From assembly GCA_036746835.1 (NCBI GenBank), contig DAIODM010000002.1:37527-101526 (forward strand): a stretch of DNA of 64,000 bases, given 5' to 3'. Position 1 is the stretch's first letter. The number at the start of each line of letters is the position of its first letter. Under the pieces are notes generated by a model. That model did not search any database and had not been told where the DNA came from. It saw only the letters and a program-made list of their open reading frames with translations. This DNA comes from Candidatus Onthovivens sp. (lineage in GTDB: Bacteria > Bacillota_I > Bacilli_A > RFN20 > CAG-826). Made by a program: the position numbers and the translations under genes. This document shows, piece after piece, positions 48,855-59,225 of the stretch.

Positions 48855-49739
48855 ATGGAAACTAAAAATAATACTCCTATTTTGGAAGCTAAACATATTG
48901 CTAAAAATTTTGGTGATCATCAAGTTTTAAAAGACATTTCACTCGATGTTTATAAAGGCGATGTTATTACAATTATTGGTCCTTCAGGATGTGGCAAAAG
49001 TACATTTATTCGTTGTATAAATAGAATGACTCACCCTAGTGACGGATCTGTTTATTATCGTGGAAAACGTATTGATAACACGACTTCTAAATTATTACAC
49101 CGTGAAAGATTAAGATATAAAGCTGCTTTAAAAAAGTGTCAAAATGATCATGAAGCTGTTGAACAAGAAAATCTTCATAACAAATTAAAAGATGAAATTA
49201 AAAACGATACAAAAGACGTAAATATTAACTTAGTTCGTGCAAAAGTTGGCATGGTTTTCCAATCGTTCAATTTATTTAATAATATGGATGTTTTAAAAAA
49301 CTGCACCATTGCTCAAAGAAAAGTTTTAAAGCGAACTGAAGATGATGCTCAAAAAATCGCTATCTCTAATCTTACTAAAGTAGGAATGGCGGATAGATTA
49401 CACGCTAAAATCAAAGAATTATCTGGTGGTCAAAAGCAACGTGTTGCAATCGCTAGAACTCTTTGTATGGATCCTGATATTATTCTATTTGATGAACCAA
49501 CAAGTGCTCTTGATCCAGAAATGGTAAATGAAGTTCTTGATGTCATTCAAAAACTTGCAAAAGAAGGAATGACTATGATTATTGTCACTCACGAAATGCA
49601 ATTTGCCCGAAACGTAAGTAATAAAGCTATCTTTATGGAAGGCGGATATATTGTTGAAAGCGGACCAAGTAAAGAATTATTTGATCATCCAAAAGAAGCA
49701 AGAACCCAGGCTTTCTTAAAGAAAGGTAGTCGAAAATAG
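48855..49739 (+). CDS. Amino-acid ABC transporter ATP-binding protein (GlnQ-like) with a ~45-aa insertion
   Basis: Walker [10 protein letters not shown], signature [13 protein letters not shown] and Walker [12 protein letters not shown]. An extra segment lies between Walker A and the Q-loop. Confidence 0.85.
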   Translation: METKNNTPILEAKHIAKNFGDHQVLKDISLDVYKGDVITIIGPSGCGKSTFIRCINRMTHPSDGSVYYRGKRIDNTTSKLLHRERLRYKAALKKCQNDHEAVEQENLHNKLKDEIKNDTKDVNINLVRAKVGMVFQSFNLFNNMDVLKNCTIAQRKVLKRTEDDAQKIAISNLTKVGMADRLHAKIKELSGGQKQRVAIARTLCMDPDIILFDEPTSALDPEMVNEVLDVIQKLAKEGMTMIIVTHEMQFARNVSNKAIFMEGGYIVESGPSKELFDHPKEARTQAFLKKGSRK

Positions 49740-49774
49740 TGTATAATTCTCCTTAGAAATAAGGAGAATTTTTT

Positions 49775-50551
49775 ATGATTTACTATTTTACAGGAAGCGG
49801 AAACTCATTATATACTGCACGCACTATCGCTAAAGCCTTAGGTCAAGAAGTAACAAGTATTTTAAAATATCAAAATACAAAAGGCGAAGTTAAAGACAAA
49901 ATCAATGGATTTGTCTTCCCTACTTATATGGGAGATATTCCCTGGATTGTTAAAGAGTGTCTTTTAAATATGACATTTAATAAGGATAGTTACTATTTTT
50001 TAGTAATGACTTCAAATGGTGCTGGAAATAAAGGATCAGCTATTAGCCTTGATAAAACTTTAAATAATTCTGGTGCAAAATTAAATGCAGAATTTAATCT
50101 TCAAATGCCAGGAAATTGCATTATTTCTAGCAAACTTACAAATAGTAATCGTATTAAAAAAACTCCTGAATTAATTGCTAATATTGTTGAAGATATCAAA
50201 GCTAAAAAAGTTAATTTTACTTCCAAAAACGAAAAAACTCCTGAAGATTTTGTTTCAAGCACTCACTTAATCAAAAAAGGTGCTAATAAAATTGATGATA
50301 TGCTTTTAAATTTAGAAGTTACTAAAGCATGTGTAGGATGTGGAACTTGTGTATTAGTTTGCCCAAATGAAAATATAAGAATAATAAATGGAAAAGCCAT
50401 TCATTTTAATAAATGCGCTGCTTGCTACGCTTGTATTCATTGGTGCCCAAAACACGCTACTCGTCTTAATATTCCAGGAATGGGTGATCGTTTCCAATAC
50501 CATCATCCTGAAGTGACTTTAAAAGATATAATCAACTCTAGACAAAAATAA
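49775..50551 (+). CDS. EFR1-family ferredoxin (flavodoxin-like domain plus 2x[4Fe-4S])
   Basis: An N-terminal flavodoxin-like fold and the C-terminal clusters CVGCGTCVLVCP and CAACYACIHWCP. Confidence 0.65.
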   Translation: MIYYFTGSGNSLYTARTIAKALGQEVTSILKYQNTKGEVKDKINGFVFPTYMGDIPWIVKECLLNMTFNKDSYYFLVMTSNGAGNKGSAISLDKTLNNSGAKLNAEFNLQMPGNCIISSKLTNSNRIKKTPELIANIVEDIKAKKVNFTSKNEKTPEDFVSSTHLIKKGANKIDDMLLNLEVTKACVGCGTCVLVCPNENIRIINGKAIHFNKCAACYACIHWCPKHATRLNIPGMGDRFQYHHPEVTLKDIINSRQK

Positions 50552-50552
50552 T

Positions 50553-51134
50553 ATGCTAACTATTTATTTAGTTCGTCATGGTGAAACTGATTATAACAAA
50601 AAAGGTTTATGCCAAGGACAAATCGACATTCCATTAAATGAAACTGGTTTAAAATCAGCAACTCTTTTAGGTAAAAAACTTAAAGAAAACAATATTAAAA
50701 TCGATTATTACTATAGTAGCCCTTTAAAAAGAGCTTATGAAACTGTTATTAATATTGAAAGAGAATTAGGTGATGAAAAAGCAATCTTTTTAGATAAAAG
50801 ATTTATAGAAAGAAATTTCGCTTCACTTGAAGGAAAAGATGTTGAACTTGTAAGAAAAATTGTCTCAAATAAAGATGAGACACTTAAGATAAAAGATTAC
50901 GAAAAAGATGAAGATGTTGGCAAACGTTTTTATGATGGAATTAAAGAAATGAGCGCGTTATATAGCGATAAAACAATATTAATTGGTTCTCATAGCCATT
51001 CTATAAAATGTTTTTTAATGTACCTTGATAGCACAAATTATAATATTTTAACAAAACTTAAAAATATGAACGTAACAAAAATTATTGTAGAAAATAACAA
51101 TATAAAAATAGATAAATTTTCAATGTTTAATTAA
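50553..51134 (+). CDS. Histidine-phosphatase (phosphoglycerate mutase-like) family protein
   Basis: RHGETDYN catalytic motif. Confidence 0.75.
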   Translation: MLTIYLVRHGETDYNKKGLCQGQIDIPLNETGLKSATLLGKKLKENNIKIDYYYSSPLKRAYETVINIERELGDEKAIFLDKRFIERNFASLEGKDVELVRKIVSNKDETLKIKDYEKDEDVGKRFYDGIKEMSALYSDKTILIGSHSHSIKCFLMYLDSTNYNILTKLKNMNVTKIIVENNNIKIDKFSMFN

Positions 51135-51539
51135 TTAGAATTTATAGATTATTGGACTTGCAGTAAATGAACAAATTCGGCTTGTTGCATTTTTTAAATA
51201 TAAAACAATTGTATTATTATCATCTGCTTTATACATATTGTGTAAACCTGGATATTTATTAAGCATATCTTGTTTAGCAATTAAACGATCATCACTTACA
51301 ACTTCTGCTTCAATTCGAATCCACTTACCCTTTAAAAAGGCACATATTGCAATATGTGGATTTAAAAGCATCTCTTTATAGCAATCTTTTACCTTTCCAG
51401 TTTGAATATAAAGTTTATCTTCAAAAATATTAACAGTTCCAAAAGGACGGATTGTTGGTGCGCCATCTTTAATGGTTGCAATATAATAAGTTCCACATTC
51501 CTTTAAAAAATTATAAGACTCTAAAATTCCTTGATTCAT
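51135..51539 (-). CDS. Pyridoxamine 5'-phosphate oxidase-like FMN-binding protein
   Basis: A PNPOx split-barrel-like protein of about 130 aa. Confidence 0.55.
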   Translation of the reverse strand: MNQGILESYNFLKECGTYYIATIKDGAPTIRPFGTVNIFEDKLYIQTGKVKDCYKEMLLNPHIAICAFLKGKWIRIEAEVVSDDRLIAKQDMLNKYPGLHNMYKADDNNTIVLYLKNATSRICSFTASPIIYKF

Positions 51540-51620
51540 ATTTCTACCTCTACCTTATTTTAACTATTTAAAAATAGAATGATTAACAAATTATTAATAT
51601 AAATAGAGGTAAATATTAAG

Positions 51621-51652
51621 AAAAAAGTCATCTTTTCCAAGATGACTTTAAT
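51621..51652 (-). terminator. Terminator (aagtcatctt-ggaa-aagatgactt + T-run)
   Basis: A 10-bp stem with TTTTTT on the minus strand, downstream of the small ORF at 51659..51835. Confidence 0.7.
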
Positions 51653-51658
51653 TTTCAA

Positions 51659-51835
51659 TTAATCAGCCCTTTGATTATTTTGAGGATCATTTATGATTAC
51701 AATAAATGGAGTAACTGGGGTTATTGCGCCGCTCATGACATTCTCAAAATTCGAAACACACATAACAGCACTATTCTCTTTGTTAAGTTCACTTTCGTAT
51801 TCATAAAAAGGGTAATCATTTTTTTCGTAAGTCAT
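51659..51835 (-). CDS. 58-aa hypothetical small protein (absent from the ORF track)
   Basis: MTYEKNDYPFYEYESELNKENSAVMCVSNFENVMSGAITPVTPFIVIINDPQNNQRAD, with a GGAGGA ribosome-binding site 7 nt upstream and its own terminator. Confidence 0.45.
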   Translation of the reverse strand: MTYEKNDYPFYEYESELNKENSAVMCVSNFENVMSGAITPVTPFIVIINDPQNNQRAD

Positions 51836-52028
51836 TTTTCGTTCCTCCTTACAGCTTAAATAATAGAGGAAACTTGAAAATTGACAACTAAAAATATCCG
51901 ATTAGAGCGAAACTATAAGCGCTTTCAGTAAACGCTTACAATAATTTTCATACGACTAAATCAACACTTTAGAAAAGCCTATTTTTAAAATGAAAGTGTT
52001 TACATTTTAAGGCTAAAAAAACTATATA

Positions 52029-52571
52029 TTACTTAATAAAGTCGTTATAAGATGAAACAAAATCGTTTAAAATCTTTTTAACTTTTTCATCAACAAGATT
52101 TCCATCTTTATCAAAATCTAAATAAACGCTTGATAAATAAACTTCAGGAACTAAAAGAGTCGGCATATTTAAAATAGCTAAAACTTGTCTAAGTTGATTT
52201 GCAGCACCAAATCCACCAATTAATCCTGGAGATTGAGTGACAATAGCACATTTCTTTCCATTCCAAGCACTATGACCATAAGGACGAGATCCAACATCAA
52301 GAGCATTCTTTAAACCACCTGGAATACCTCTATTGTATTCTGGACTAACAATAATAAATGAATCCATCTCATTTAATACTTTTCTAAAAGATTTATAAGA
52401 TGCTGGTTCATTATTAACTGTATCAATATCTTCATTATATAAAGGTAAATCACCAATCTCTATAAATGTAACCTTATTACTCTTCTTCAATTCATTTGCT
52501 AAATAATTTGCAACCATACGACTAAAAGAAGCTTTCTTCAAACTTCCAACAACAATACCAATATTTTTCAT
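52029..52571 (-). CDS. NADPH-dependent FMN reductase family protein
   Basis: MKNIGIVVGSLKKASFSR... with a flavodoxin-like fold. Confidence 0.7.
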   Translation of the reverse strand: MKNIGIVVGSLKKASFSRMVANYLANELKKSNKVTFIEIGDLPLYNEDIDTVNNEPASYKSFRKVLNEMDSFIIVSPEYNRGIPGGLKNALDVGSRPYGHSAWNGKKCAIVTQSPGLIGGFGAANQLRQVLAILNMPTLLVPEVYLSSVYLDFDKDGNLVDEKVKKILNDFVSSYNDFIK

Positions 52572-52607
52572 TTTTTAATCCTCCGATTTAATTATTATAA
52601 AGGAAGA

Positions 52608-54149
52608 TTATTTGTTGTCATTTTTAATGCTTACAACAATTTTATTATTTAATGCGTTAATTACATCTTCAAGATTATAAGGTTTGTTAAGATATAAATT
52701 TATATCAAATTTAGATAAAACCTTACGTAAATCTTCATCGCTAATTGTTAATAAAGGAATGTTATATTTTACATGCGCTTCGCTAACACTTTTATATAAA
52801 TTATCTCCATCAATAGCTGAATTAATATCTAAAACTATTCCACTAATTCTATTTTTATAGACACGTAAATAGTGTTTAGCATCATCTAAATTTTCCGCTT
52901 CAATCATTGTGTATTTAGAAGATAAATAACTTGCAAAGATTGTTCGTTTTAATTCACTAGTATCAACAAGTAAAAGGAAAGGTTTAATTGATTTAAAGGA
53001 AGCTTCGCTAGCTGAATAAATCGTATATCCATCTCTTCCCATCTCTTTTCTTTTATAAAGAGCCATATCAGCTTTTTCAAATAATTCATCATAAGATAAA
53101 ACTGTCTCATCAGCAAAACAAACACCTGCACTACAAGTAAATTTAATTGAAACAACATCAACCATCGCGTTATGTTCATTATTCAAGAAAGCATCTAAAT
53201 CTGCAATTGCTTGCTCTTTTGATTTTATTTTAGTTAATAAAACAGCAAATTCATCTCCACCAATACGACCAACAATTGCATTTGTTTTAAAGTATTTTTT
53301 TAAATTTTCGGCCGTATAACGAAGTAACATATCACCTTCTTTATGGCCATATGTATCGTTTATTCTTTTGAAATTATCAATATCTAAAATAATTAAACAA
53401 ATATCATTTTTAGTGTAATCAAGTTTTAAAGCATATTTATCAAAAACACCTTTTGAAAATACTTTAGTAAGATAATCAAGTATTTCCGTTTGATTATGAA
53501 ACACAATATACATAATAACGATTGCAAGAGAAGTAAATGGCCAAGTAAATGGAATCCAAACAAAGATATTTTGAAGAACAATTCCAACTACTGGAAGTAA
53601 AAAGAAAAGAATAATTAGATAAAGCATTCTTCTTGTTGATTTATCGTGACAAGTAAATAATTTAATAAACATCGCGATAAAAGAGGATCCAGCATATAAT
53701 CCAGTAAAGATCAAATGGATGAAATATAAATTTCCTCTAACATAATTATTGGTCTCATTAAAATAGAATAACCAACCAGTCGATAAATTAACAAGATCTA
53801 AAATAAACATTAAAAATGTTGGAACAAGAAAAATATAATAATAAGATTTCTTAATTTTAAAATCCATTCGGTAAACAATATAAAGAAGACCAACTAATAA
53901 TGAAAAGTGACTCGCCAAGAAATAGGTAGTATTAGCAACTTTACAAAGTATAAAAATAGCAGGATCTTTAGCTCCATCTAAAGCATATGTAAAACAATCT
54001 GAAATCAAAACAATAATAACAGAAATGCATAATGCCATAATAAAAATATTCATACGATTTTTCATTTCGTGACTAACAGAAACTAAAATGCATAAAAGAG
54101 CTATAGAGCAATACGCATTAAATACATAATAAATTAAACTTAAATCCAT
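52608..54149 (-). CDS. Membrane diguanylate cyclase (about 7 TM, then GGDEF, then a REC-like C-terminal domain)
   Basis: Intact RIGGDEF. A hydrophobic N-terminal sensor domain. The C-terminal ~120 aa resemble a receiver domain. Confidence 0.75.
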   Translation of the reverse strand: MDLSLIYYVFNAYCSIALLCILVSVSHEMKNRMNIFIMALCISVIIVLISDCFTYALDGAKDPAIFILCKVANTTYFLASHFSLLVGLLYIVYRMDFKIKKSYYYIFLVPTFLMFILDLVNLSTGWLFYFNETNNYVRGNLYFIHLIFTGLYAGSSFIAMFIKLFTCHDKSTRRMLYLIILFFLLPVVGIVLQNIFVWIPFTWPFTSLAIVIMYIVFHNQTEILDYLTKVFSKGVFDKYALKLDYTKNDICLIILDIDNFKRINDTYGHKEGDMLLRYTAENLKKYFKTNAIVGRIGGDEFAVLLTKIKSKEQAIADLDAFLNNEHNAMVDVVSIKFTCSAGVCFADETVLSYDELFEKADMALYKRKEMGRDGYTIYSASEASFKSIKPFLLLVDTSELKRTIFASYLSSKYTMIEAENLDDAKHYLRVYKNRISGIVLDINSAIDGDNLYKSVSEAHVKYNIPLLTISDEDLRKVLSKFDINLYLNKPYNLEDVINALNNKIVVSIKNDNK

Positions 54150-54156
54150 AAAACCC

Positions 54157-57069
54157 CTATTTTAATAAATTAAGTATCGATTTATCACTTATATCTAATA
54201 AAATACTATATCCAAAAGTAGTCTTTTTATCTAAATGTTTAACTTTGCTTATACTTAAAACTTCAAGATCAGTTCCATCTTTTCGTTTTAAAGTCAATTT
54301 ACGAGCAACAAAATCAAATATCCCCTTAGTTTCAGCAACATAATTATCATATTCAGGAGTCTTTTCTTTATCGATTAATTTACCAAAATCATCATTAAAT
54401 AAAGTTTTAATTTCTTCACGTGTATAACCAATTAAACTAAGGAAAGATTGAGACGTATAATCTAATTTAACATAATCAGTAATAATTGAAGTTGCTAAGC
54501 CAACTGGACTATTATCTAAAATATCGTTGAGTTCAACGTTGGCTTTATTCTTTTCATTTTCTTCATTTTTTCGATTAGTAACATCACTATAAATTCCATA
54601 ATAAACATAGCTATCATTAATTTTTATAGGATTAGCAATTAAATTAACCCAATGAACATTTTTATCAGCTCCAAAAACACGCATATCACAATTAAAAACA
54701 CCATGTTTTTTAATGGTTTCATCAATATCATGAAGAAGTTTAGGTCTATCTTGCTCTAAAACACGTGAAATAAGTCCACCAATTTCTTGAGGAATAGGTT
54801 CATCTTTACCATATCCTAAAATATGCTTTGCACCATCGCTTGTATAAATACGTTTAAAAGATTTTGAACCAACTTCAAAAACCGCTAAACCTCCAGGAAT
54901 ATTTCCAATAATCGAATCATATAATTTTTTAGTATCACGAAGTTCCGTAATATTTTCAACTGATAAATAGAAAATATAATCGTTAACTTTTTTGCCAAGA
55001 CAACGAACAGTATTTTGAATCCAAACTTCTTTTCCATCAATTAAACCAACACTACAAGTAACGCTAGAGGCTTCTTTTTTGGTTTTAATTGCTTCATTTA
55101 GCATATCAAGATAATCTTCACGAGTATCTTTTCTAAAACCATCTAAAATATGGTTTTGTCTTGAACGATAATCGGTTCTTTTTACACCTAACACTTCAAA
55201 AAAACGATCGTTAAGTCGCAAAGCAACCACTTGATCATGTGCTAATTCGATAATTCCTGCTCCACCAACGTAAGAGTTAAAAATTAAAGTAGATTGAGTA
55301 TCAGCGTTTAAAAGATCGTCAACACCTTCTGAATAAGCTTCCCAATGATTTTCATCATTAATTAAAACCTTTGAACCCTTAAGATAATCTTCAAATTCAT
55401 TTGATGGAAGAGCTTTTGCAAATAAGAATCCTTGCATAATAAGACAATCAACACTCTTTAAATATTCAGCTTGCTCAACAGTTTCAACGCCTTCAGCAAT
55501 AACTGGAAGATCAATTGTATGAGCAAGTCTAACAACTGAACTAATAATGTTACCTGTTTTTTTATTTTGCTTTGCACTCTTTAAAAATTTTAAATCAAGT
55601 TTAATTGCATTAACATCAACATCTTTTAATGAATTTAATGAACTATAGCCACTACCAAAATCATCCATTTCAACTGTATATCCAGCATCTCTAAGTTTAT
55701 TAACCATTTGAATTAAGTTCTGTGCGTCTTCACGATAAGAACTTTCAGTTACTTCTAAACGAACGCATTTTTGAGAGACATGGTGTTTAGCCAAAATATC
55801 ATTAATAATCTTAACTAAATTTGGATTCTTTAAATCAATTCGCGAGACATTAAATGAAATTGAAGGGACTTTGTATCCTTTTTCAAGCCAATCTTCAATT
55901 TGACCTGCTACTTTATCCCAAACATATTCATCAAGTTCACTAATAAATCCGCTTCGTTCAAAAAGAGGAATAAATTCACCAGGAGAAATAAAACCAAGTT
56001 CAGGATGTTTCCATCTTACAAGAGCTTCTGCTCCATAAAGTTCATTAAGATCATAACGAACTTGAGGTTGATAATAGACAACGAATTGATTCTCTTGAAT
56101 TGCGCTCTTCATGTCGTGAAGATATCTCTCTTCTTTAAGAAGATTATTACGCATACTTGAATCAAAGAAAGCATAATTAACATTGTAATCTTGCTTAATT
56201 GATTTAAGCGCTAAAAGAGCACGATCAGTCATTACTAAGACATCATCAGTTGAATTATTAATGACATAAATTCCCATTTTTATAGTTAAAGCAAATTCTG
56301 GACTTAATCCATTCACTTCTTTATTGATCTTTTCATAAAGAGCGTCTGCATTAAATTTGTCTTTATCAACAAGAAAAACAAAGTGATCTCCACTAATATG
56401 TCCACAAGCATAAAGACCTTTTCGTCTAGTCATTCCTTTAGACAAACTATTAGCGATTGCTTTTAAAAGTTCATCACCTTTGCTCATTCCAAATAAATCG
56501 TTATAAACTTTGAAACGACTTATATCCCATCGAACAAGATAAAATGTTTTTTTAGGATAAGTTTTTAAAACTTCAGAAGTGATTGCACAAAAACCAGTTA
56601 TATTTAAAATACCAGTAAGTGGATCACGATAAAGAAGTCCGATAGTTTTATTTTTAATTAATTCTTCATCAAGACTACGAGTTTCTTCACCCCTATTAAC
56701 AACATTATACATATGTGTTGCAAGATTATTTAAACTTAAAGGATGGAAGAAAACATCAAACGCTCCACAATTAAAAGCTTTGCTTTCTGCTTCTAAATCA
56801 TTAGTCATAACAACAGCAACTGAAGGGACAAAATAAAGTTCATTATCTTTCTTCATGAACTTAATTAAATTATAGTCATCTTTAGTGGCGTATCTTAAAT
56901 CAATGAACACACAAGAAACTTTCTTGTCTTTCTTCAAAAATTTAAGTGCTTCTTTAGCATTTAAAAAATGAATAACATCAAAAAATTTAGAGAAACTTTT
57001 TTCAAATTCCTCTACTTCTTTAAGTTTACCGCAAATAAGGACTAATCTCTTGTTTTGAACTTTATCCAT
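54157..57069 (-). CDS. Multidomain c-di-GMP phosphodiesterase: REC-like, degenerate GGDEF (SGDHF), EAL, then PAS repeats
   Basis: GHISGDHFVF replaces GGDEF. The EAL motifs are intact (YGAEALVRW, DDFGSGYSSL, EGVET). C-terminal PAS-like segments are present. Confidence 0.8.
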   Translation of the reverse strand: MDKVQNKRLVLICGKLKEVEEFEKSFSKFFDVIHFLNAKEALKFLKKDKKVSCVFIDLRYATKDDYNLIKFMKKDNELYFVPSVAVVMTNDLEAESKAFNCGAFDVFFHPLSLNNLATHMYNVVNRGEETRSLDEELIKNKTIGLLYRDPLTGILNITGFCAITSEVLKTYPKKTFYLVRWDISRFKVYNDLFGMSKGDELLKAIANSLSKGMTRRKGLYACGHISGDHFVFLVDKDKFNADALYEKINKEVNGLSPEFALTIKMGIYVINNSTDDVLVMTDRALLALKSIKQDYNVNYAFFDSSMRNNLLKEERYLHDMKSAIQENQFVVYYQPQVRYDLNELYGAEALVRWKHPELGFISPGEFIPLFERSGFISELDEYVWDKVAGQIEDWLEKGYKVPSISFNVSRIDLKNPNLVKIINDILAKHHVSQKCVRLEVTESSYREDAQNLIQMVNKLRDAGYTVEMDDFGSGYSSLNSLKDVDVNAIKLDLKFLKSAKQNKKTGNIISSVVRLAHTIDLPVIAEGVETVEQAEYLKSVDCLIMQGFLFAKALPSNEFEDYLKGSKVLINDENHWEAYSEGVDDLLNADTQSTLIFNSYVGGAGIIELAHDQVVALRLNDRFFEVLGVKRTDYRSRQNHILDGFRKDTREDYLDMLNEAIKTKKEASSVTCSVGLIDGKEVWIQNTVRCLGKKVNDYIFYLSVENITELRDTKKLYDSIIGNIPGGLAVFEVGSKSFKRIYTSDGAKHILGYGKDEPIPQEIGGLISRVLEQDRPKLLHDIDETIKKHGVFNCDMRVFGADKNVHWVNLIANPIKINDSYVYYGIYSDVTNRKNEENEKNKANVELNDILDNSPVGLATSIITDYVKLDYTSQSFLSLIGYTREEIKTLFNDDFGKLIDKEKTPEYDNYVAETKGIFDFVARKLTLKRKDGTDLEVLSISKVKHLDKKTTFGYSILLDISDKSILNLLK

Positions 57070-57149
57070 ATTGCCTCTTAATAATAATGTAGTCTCTTAT
57101 TATTATATATTAACAATTAAACTATACAATTCCAAACTGATTTAATTAG

Positions 57150-57164
57150 TGACAAGAATTGTCA
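57150..57164. repeat. Perfect palindrome TGACAA-gaa-TTGTCA upstream of the EAL/GGDEF operon
   Basis: Read directly. It lies about 80 nt upstream of the start codon at 57069. Confidence 0.55.
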
Positions 57165-57623
57165 TAAAAGTAAGGTTAAAACACTAATTATTTTTTTAAT
57201 TATTTTTGAAGTAGAAAATTTCTTTAATTATATGTATTTTAGGCAAATGATTAATTTTGAAAGAGATTTACTTTATAAAATTCAGATACAAATGTTTGGC
57301 GCTTCAATCGTGATGCATAAACTGTTTTAAAATCTAATAGGGTAGATTGTAGAGGTCTTGCAAACTTTGTAAATTATTTTTAGAAGATGATTATGATAAA
57401 ATAGGATTTGCTAATTATACTTTCAATAATAATGAAGGTTGCTATAAATACCAACAAATGGTTATTAAAAAAATTATAGTAATTGATTTGCATATCGTAG
57501 ATAATTAAAGGGAACAAAAAGGTTCCTTTTTTAAAATCAACTATCAGTTGAGTATAATAAACTAAGCGATTATTGAATATATATCGCACTATATTTATTA
57601 TTTAAGAGAACCGAGGTATTAAA

Positions 57624-58409
57624 ATGAATAAAGAAAAAATGGGTCAATTTCTTATTGAATTAAGGAAAGAAAAGAACCTAACTCAAAATGATTTATCGGA
57701 AATATTTAGTGTTTCGCCACAAGCTATTTCTAAATGGGAAAGTGGTAACAGCATTCCAGATATCGATATGTTAGAAAAGATATCTAAATTTTATAATGTT
57801 TCTATTGAAGAGATTATTAATGGAGCTAAAAACGTTACCCCTACTAATCTAAATAATAAAGACAACTTAAACACACCTACTACTACTACAAAGAAACCAA
57901 AATCAGAATTAACAAAAGATTTGTTTTCCTTTATTTTTTCAATGTGTTTTATGGTTCTATTTGCACTACTTTATATATTAAATGTTTATTCCGTTCCTAT
58001 TTTTTTAACTGGATATGGATATGTTCAAGCAGTTTTTACAGGTTATAAACTCCTTTTTAATACAGATGGAATTCTTACAGTTTTATTTTGGATTTTCACT
58101 GTTTCTATGAACGCTTCTTTTTTAGTAAATATTGGATTATGGATCTCTCAAAGTAAAAAAGCTTATTATATCGCACGAATTGTTCTATCAAGTATTGCAA
58201 CATCATTTGCTATATCAATTTACTTTTATTGCTGTTCAGTAAGTCCAATTTTATATGAAAGTAAATATTATTATTCATATATGACGCCTGGAATGGTAGC
58301 GATTTTAATTCTTTATGTCGTTTATTTTATCTTAACTTTGACGCTTCCTTTAACAAACCACCATCATTTCTTTGGTAAAAAGAATAATGAAGCAAAAACA
58401 ACAAAATAG
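57624..58409 (+). CDS. Membrane-anchored XRE-family HTH regulator
   Basis: HTH_XRE (LRKEKNLTQNDLSEIFSVSPQAISKWESGNSIPDIDML), a T/N-rich linker, and 4-5 TM helices. Confidence 0.75.
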   Translation: MNKEKMGQFLIELRKEKNLTQNDLSEIFSVSPQAISKWESGNSIPDIDMLEKISKFYNVSIEEIINGAKNVTPTNLNNKDNLNTPTTTTKKPKSELTKDLFSFIFSMCFMVLFALLYILNVYSVPIFLTGYGYVQAVFTGYKLLFNTDGILTVLFWIFTVSMNASFLVNIGLWISQSKKAYYIARIVLSSIATSFAISIYFYCCSVSPILYESKYYYSYMTPGMVAILILYVVYFILTLTLPLTNHHHFFGKKNNEAKTTK

Positions 58410-58527
58410 TCTAATATTACTTTTATCCTATTTATTAAGATCATAGATTATAGTTTTAAAGTTCAACTTATAATAAGTGATTAAAAAAATATACAAAATA
58501 TAAATCTAAAATAGTATTATTTTAATT

Positions 58528-59175
58528 ATGAAAAAAGCTATATTTTTTGATCTCGATGGAACATTGTGGGATGCAATTAATGAAATAAAAGATAGTTGGA
58601 ATGAGGCAATGAAGGAACTTCATGAACCTTATTCATTTACATATGAAAAAATGAAATCATTTATGGGTCTTACTCCACTTGAAACTGTTCCACTAGCATT
58701 TCCAGGCGTTTCTATTGATAAAGGTCTTAAGCTTTTTAAAGCTTGCTTTAATAACGAAATAAAATATTTAAAAACTCATTTAGGTAAACTTTATCCTGAT
58801 GAAGAAATTATTTTGAAAGAACTTTCTAAAAAATATTCACTATATATTGTCTCAAATGCAGATGTCGGTTACATTGACAACTATGTCAATGGATATCAAT
58901 TTAACGCTATATATGATGGGTTATTGTGTGCTGGAGATACTGGATTTCCAAAATATAAGAATATAATCTATTTAAAAGAAAAAGAAAAAATAAATGAAGT
59001 TATTTATGTTGGAGATACAGAAAAAGATTTAATTGAATCAACAAAAGCGAACGTAAAATTTATACATGCTGCTTATGGATTTGGAGTTATTAAAGATGAT
59101 AAGAATTATATAAATTCTTTTAAAGAACTTCCTGCTCTTGTTGATAAAATATTTTCAGAATATGACAGTTTCTAA
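58528..59175 (+). CDS. HAD-superfamily hydrolase
   Basis: Motif I FFDLDGTLWD. Confidence 0.75.
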   Translation: MKKAIFFDLDGTLWDAINEIKDSWNEAMKELHEPYSFTYEKMKSFMGLTPLETVPLAFPGVSIDKGLKLFKACFNNEIKYLKTHLGKLYPDEEIILKELSKKYSLYIVSNADVGYIDNYVNGYQFNAIYDGLLCAGDTGFPKYKNIIYLKEKEKINEVIYVGDTEKDLIESTKANVKFIHAAYGFGVIKDDKNYINSFKELPALVDKIFSEYDSF

Positions 59176-59225
59176 TTTAAAACCCACTCTCATTATTGTA
59201 AAATAAGTGAAAGTGGGTTTTTAAT

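Noticed and set aside
57380-57589. 69-aa minus-strand ORF in the 550-bp intergenic region
   Set aside because: It has no ribosome-binding site. It contains the terminator-like hairpin inside it, and its product is extremely I/F/N-rich low complexity.
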